Positions 47,954 to 51,949 of a stretch of DNA of 51,949 nucleotides are shown here, in pieces. The stretch lies in contig JBHCHC010000208.1 in assembly GCA_041802645.1 (NCBI GenBank), positions 1 through 51,949 on the forward strand, read 5' to 3'. The translations under genes were made by a program, and so were the position numbers. Within the stretch, counting starts at the first letter, position 1; each line of letters starts with the position of its first letter. The notes beneath the pieces are model-generated. The model saw nothing but the letters and a program-made list of their open reading frames with translations. It ran no database searches and was not told the origin of the DNA. Source of the DNA: Moraxella sp. (lineage in GTDB: Bacteria; Pseudomonadota; Gammaproteobacteria; Pseudomonadales; Moraxellaceae).

Positions 47954-48664
47954 ATGAATTATTCCATACACAGTGAGCCACATCTTAGCGAACGCAATAA
48001 CTGGTTAAGAGCAGGGGTGCTTGGAGCAAATGATGGCTTGATTTCTACTGCCAGCCTATTGATGGGCATGGTGGCAAGCGGTGCCTCGTCTCAGATTTTA
48101 TTATTGACAGGGGTGGCATCCTTGATCGGCGGAGCATTATCGATGGGAGCAGGGGAGTATATTTCTGTCTCCTCTCAAAGAGATACCGAACAAGCAGATC
48201 TAAAAAAAGAGCAATATGAACTTACGCATAATGCCGAACGCGAACTTTGTGAGCTGACGATGATTTATGAGAAACGAGGGCTAAGTACGGAACTTGCCTT
48301 ACAGGTAGCACAGGCATTAACCGCTCATAACGCCTTAGAGGCACACGCTCGTGATGAGATTGGTTTAAGTGATGCACTTTCAGCCAAGCCCTTGCAGGCA
48401 GCTTGGGCGTCTGTTGTGGCGTTTGCACTGGGGGCATTACTGCCAATGCTGAGCGTTTGGCTCTTGCCCGTGCTACTACCAGAGTATACTTTTTGGGGAT
48501 TGGGGATGGTGACGGTGTGCGGCTTGGCAATACTGGGGGCAGTTTCGGCAAGACTTGGTGGTGCACCCCTTGTCCCTGCTGTCATGCGTGTGGTAATTTG
48601 GGGTGTGGTGGCAATGGGCGTGACAGCGGTAGTAGGTCATCTGTTTGGTGCCCAAATGGTTTGA
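47954..48664 (+). CDS. VIT1/CCC1 family Fe/Mn transporter
   Basis: LRAGVLGANDGLIS and SMGAGEYISVSSQ.D motifs. Confidence 0.92.
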   Translation: MNYSIHSEPHLSERNNWLRAGVLGANDGLISTASLLMGMVASGASSQILLLTGVASLIGGALSMGAGEYISVSSQRDTEQADLKKEQYELTHNAERELCELTMIYEKRGLSTELALQVAQALTAHNALEAHARDEIGLSDALSAKPLQAAWASVVAFALGALLPMLSVWLLPVLLPEYTFWGLGMVTVCGLAILGAVSARLGGAPLVPAVMRVVIWGVVAMGVTAVVGHLFGAQMV

Positions 48665-48694
48665 TGTCTATGCATCATTGTTATTAGAGATATT

Positions 48695-49657
48695 ATGTTT
48701 AAGCTTATTTTTATCGGCGTTTTGTCAGGGGCATTTTTTAGTGCAACATTCATTTTAAATGAGTTGATGGCAAGCCAAGGCGGTCACTGGTTTTGGTCGG
48801 CATCTTTGCGTTATGTATTTATGTGGCTCATGCTGTCTGTCATCATTGTGGCAAAAAGCGGTATGAGGACACTGGTGGGGTTGTTTCAGCTGTTCTTTGA
48901 GCATTATAAATTTTGGTGCGTGGCAGGCGGGATTGGTTTTGGGCTATTTTATGCACCTTTGTGTTTTGCCGCTGACCATGCTCCAGGTTGGGTGATTGCC
49001 GCTACTTTCCAATTCACTACGGTGGCAAGTTTGTTGGTGTTGTGGGCGTTTGGTGAAACCCTAAAAAAACAAGTCATTGCCACCAGCGTGCTTATTTTCA
49101 TGGGCGTTGTCTTGACCAATGTTGGTGAGGGTCTGCATGGAGGCGGTGTAGGCTCATTAGCGACATTGCTCTTATTTGGAGCATTGCCATCTTTGTTGGC
49201 AGGATTTTGTTTTCCTATTGGCAATCAGCTCGTGTGGTATGCCACTCGTCCACCCTCGTCACATGTTCTGTTATCAAAAGTGCCACATTTAACCAGTGGT
49301 CTTATGTCCAGTCCTTTTCATAAGGTATGGCTATTATCAATAGGTTCATTGCCATTTTGGCTGATATTAGGGCTTATCGTACAACCACCTGCACCAAGCA
49401 TCTCACAAGCATTTAATGCATTATTGGTCGCTTTATTGGCGGGAGTCATCGCCACTTCACTGTTTTTATATGCTCGCTCACAGGCAACCAACAGTGGACA
49501 GCTGGCTGGAGTAGATGCCACTCAGGCAACCGAAGTGATTTTTTCACTGATTGGAGGTATGATACTTTTATCAACTCCGATGCCTCCACTCATGAGCTGG
49601 GTGGGGATTGTGATGGTAAGTGTGGGTTTGGTGTTGTTTTCACGGATGCAACACTGA
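48695..49657 (+). CDS. DMT-superfamily putative multidrug resistance efflux transporter
   Basis: FFSATFILN..GGHWFWSASLRY, GFGLFY, FPIGNQ and VDATQATEV motifs; about 10 TM segments. Confidence 0.8.
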   Translation: MFKLIFIGVLSGAFFSATFILNELMASQGGHWFWSASLRYVFMWLMLSVIIVAKSGMRTLVGLFQLFFEHYKFWCVAGGIGFGLFYAPLCFAADHAPGWVIAATFQFTTVASLLVLWAFGETLKKQVIATSVLIFMGVVLTNVGEGLHGGGVGSLATLLLFGALPSLLAGFCFPIGNQLVWYATRPPSSHVLLSKVPHLTSGLMSSPFHKVWLLSIGSLPFWLILGLIVQPPAPSISQAFNALLVALLAGVIATSLFLYARSQATNSGQLAGVDATQATEVIFSLIGGMILLSTPMPPLMSWVGIVMVSVGLVLFSRMQH

Positions 49658-49750
49658 TGGCTTTGTGAGTTTGGCACTGATAAAAAAGTTTTAAGCATCA
49701 ATACTCATCAATACCATCGCCATTTGGTAAATAAGCCACAAGACCAAACT

Positions 49751-49785
49751 ACACCCCAAGGTTAGATAACCTTTGAGGTGTTTTT
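49751..49785. repeat. Palindromic repeat / probable terminator between convergent genes
   Basis: ACACCCCAAGGTTAGATAACCTTTGAGGTGT followed by a T-run; similar to 41552-41585. Confidence 0.65.
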
Positions 49786-49790
49786 AAAGT

Positions 49791-50336
49791 TTAAAATCTT
49801 GCCACAAACTCGGCAAAGCTACTGATAAAGCCCTGCAAAGTGCCTTTGGCTTGTTCTGAAACCAATTCGCCCTGCTCATTAAATGCCCCTGCAAAAATAC
49901 CACCAACCGCCGCCGCAAATGGTGCAACAGGCATACTGATATACGCCCCTGCAGCGATGGTGCGTAGTGCGTCCACGGTGCGGTTACTGCCACTGGCATT
50001 GACTGTCATGAGCCCCAAAGGCTTACCAATCCATAGGCTTTGACCTGCGGGGCGTGATACCACATCAATGGCGTTTTTTAACATGGCTGACATACCGCCG
50101 TTATGCTCTGGCGTTACCCAAATCACAGCGTCAGCCGCTTTTACCGCTTCACGCACACGGGTGTACTGTGGCACATCTTGTTCGTCCAAATCACGGTCAT
50201 ATAAAGGCAAATCGCCAATTTCTACGATGTTTAATTGCAAAGACGCTGGGGCAATTTTTTGTAAATGCTTTACCGCCAAATGGTTAAATGAAGTTTTGCT
50301 GGCACTGCCAATCAATACGGCAACTTGTTTGGTCAT
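49791..50336 (-). CDS. NADPH-dependent FMN reductase (ChrR/YieF-like flavoprotein)
   Basis: VLIGS..SFN, LPLYD.D and TPEHNGG..LKNAID..SRP motifs. Start at ATG 50336 behind an AAGGA RBS. Confidence 0.9.
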   Translation of the reverse strand: MTKQVAVLIGSASKTSFNHLAVKHLQKIAPASLQLNIVEIGDLPLYDRDLDEQDVPQYTRVREAVKAADAVIWVTPEHNGGMSAMLKNAIDVVSRPAGQSLWIGKPLGLMTVNASGSNRTVDALRTIAAGAYISMPVAPFAAAVGGIFAGAFNEQGELVSEQAKGTLQGFISSFAEFVARF

Positions 50337-50435
50337 ACAATTTTCCTTGGATAAAATGTGGCACTTATCATACCACAAGAAGTCATTGGTTAAAGGGGTG
50401 TTTGGTAAGGATTTATTGCCAATTTAGGACGGTCT

Positions 50436-50506
50436 TATTATCCATCAATTTAATTTTTGCAACAAGTGTTATTTTTACAAGTTAATTTTGCAAATTTGCA
50501 AAGATA
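50436..50506 (-). promoter_or_regulatory. Promoter/operator module, copy A (FMN reductase)
   Basis: Minus strand: palindrome TTTGCAAATTTGCAAA (50487-50502), then TTGTTG-N17-GATAAT. 56/71 identical to copy B. Confidence 0.7.
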
Positions 50507-50525
50507 CCCTTGTTGCACAGCTCAA

Positions 50526-51257
50526 TCATTGATTGGTGGCACTGCGTAAATCCATCGGCACGTCCATCAGCAAAATCTGACTGTCGCCAATGGCAGCCAC
50601 ATCAAAGCCATCGGTATCCCACACGCCCAAGCCGTCACGCTCATTGAGTACAATTTCGCCGATTTTGGCACTGCCTTTGATGACAAACACATACACACCA
50701 TTGCCATCACGTTTAACATCATAATGTTTGCTTGTACCATCGGTAAAATCCGCCAGACTAAACCACGCATCTTGATGAATCCACACGCCTGCATCATCAG
50801 CATTTGGCGATAGAATTTGTTGAAAGTCGTTTGGTGTGGCACTGTCGGCAATGCGAATTTGTTGATAACGTGGCTCTACGCCATTTTTACGAGTCAAAAC
50901 CCAAATTTGCAAAAACTTTACTGGGCGGTCAGCATTGGCATTCATCTCACTGTGGCGAATGCCTGTACCTGCACTCATCACCTGAATATCGCCTTGACGA
51001 ATCACACCCCCATTGCCCATGCTATCACGGTGTGCCAAATCGCCTTCAAGCGGAATAGAGATAATCTCCATGTCGTTGTGCGGATGCGTGCCAAAGCCCT
51101 GCCCGCCTGCGACCGTGTCATCATTAATCACACGAAGTACGCCAAAATTGGTGCGCTCTGGGTCATAATAACCACCAAAGCTAAAGGTGTGATGGCTATT
51201 TAGCCAACCATGATTAGCAATGCCACGGCTGTTTGCTGCATGATAAATGGTTTTCAT
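50526..51257 (-). CDS. Pirin family protein
   Basis: HGWLNSHHTFSF, LRVINDD, GFGTHPH, MSAGTGIRHSE and FLQIW motifs. Confidence 0.93.
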   Translation of the reverse strand: MKTIYHAANSRGIANHGWLNSHHTFSFGGYYDPERTNFGVLRVINDDTVAGGQGFGTHPHNDMEIISIPLEGDLAHRDSMGNGGVIRQGDIQVMSAGTGIRHSEMNANADRPVKFLQIWVLTRKNGVEPRYQQIRIADSATPNDFQQILSPNADDAGVWIHQDAWFSLADFTDGTSKHYDVKRDGNGVYVFVIKGSAKIGEIVLNERDGLGVWDTDGFDVAAIGDSQILLMDVPMDLRSATNQ

Positions 51258-51288
51258 AATTTTACTCACTATGTTAAGTTGATGAGCG

Positions 51289-51359
51289 TATTATCCATGA
51301 TTATCATTTTTGCAACAAGATGAGATTTAGAAATTTTATTTTGCAAATTTGCAAAGATA
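51289..51359 (-). promoter_or_regulatory. Promoter/operator module, copy B (pirin)
   Basis: Same palindrome (51340-51355) and the same TTGTTG-N17-GATAAT, ungapped versus copy A. Confidence 0.7.
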
Positions 51360-51361
51360 AA

Positions 51362-51781
51362 TTAAGCCAATCCCACCGCCACCGAAGTCATACTGATGGA
51401 CGCAATATCAATCTCATCATTAAATATCATCACTTTTTCATCACTCTGTGCCATCGCCATGATATAAATAAGTGGCAGATAATGCTCTTCGGTAGGCACT
51501 GCCAAAGACGCATGGGGCAAGGTGTGATAATTTGCCAAAGTGTGTAAATCCTTTACCAAAATCGCTTGATTGATGGTGTGTTGAAATTCACTTGCCCACT
51601 CATAGGCTTGTCCGCCACGAAACTGCACCGCTCGCAGATTATGCACGATATTACCACTCCCGACAATCAGCGTGCCTTGTTCTCTCAATATTTTGAGCTT
51701 TTGGGCAATGGCAATATGCCATGTCATCGGCTGATGACGCTTGATGGATAATTGCACCACAGGGATATTGGCATTCGGGTA
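51362..51781 (-). pseudogene. C-terminal half of a YgiD/DODA-type extradiol dioxygenase, 5'-disrupted
   Basis: YPNANIPVVQLSI, IVGSGNIVHNL and AVPTEEHYLPL motifs; in-frame TAA at 51785-51787 and no in-frame LDHG motif upstream. Confidence 0.8.
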
Positions 51782-51949
51782 TACTTAAAGCACCTTGACT
51801 AATTGCGTCAGCCCTTGGGTGGTGTCCGTAAGTTCAATAAAGTGAGTACATTGCCAAATTTTAGATCGCTTGGCCTGTGCTGCTAATGGTACAGTCCAAG
51901 GTGCGTAAACTCGAAACGCACGTTTTCCTCCTATTGATTTCTCAGAGAA

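Noticed and set aside
1-51949. CRISPR array, tRNA/rRNA, riboswitches (e.g. upstream of ribA or metX)
   Set aside because: No regularly spaced repeats or recognisable RNA motifs seen by eye; an Infernal/Rfam scan would be needed to exclude small RNAs.

Overview
Chromosomal, mostly core-genome window from a Moraxellaceae bacterium, most likely Moraxella. The assignment rests on gene content and order: lgt-thyA-folA, ileS-lspA, divergent ribA/dxs, metX/metW, ccmCDE and a three-SBP polar amino acid ABC cluster. About 45 CDSs are supported, including tyrB, recN, yqgE-ruvX, polA, norM, suhB and xerC. I saw no rRNA, tRNA, CRISPR array, prophage or intact transposase. The most notable items are: (1) a tandem pair of secreted Cys-rich/MORN-like-repeat paralogs inserted between metX and metW, both exactly 786 nt once two in-frame stops in copy 2 are read through, with near-identical N-termini and divergent middles; (2) an ungapped 71-bp promoter/operator module duplicated upstream of the pirin and FMN-reductase genes, with a perfect 16-bp palindrome at about -65; (3) in-frame TGA codons at expected Trp positions (azoreductase, cassette copy 2); (4) a terminator/antiterminator-like structure between SBP genes; (5) a small family of CACCCCAA..TTGGGGTG palindromes between convergent genes; (6) a 5'-disrupted dioxygenase at the right edge. 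All family calls come from motif recognition by eye, not database searches.
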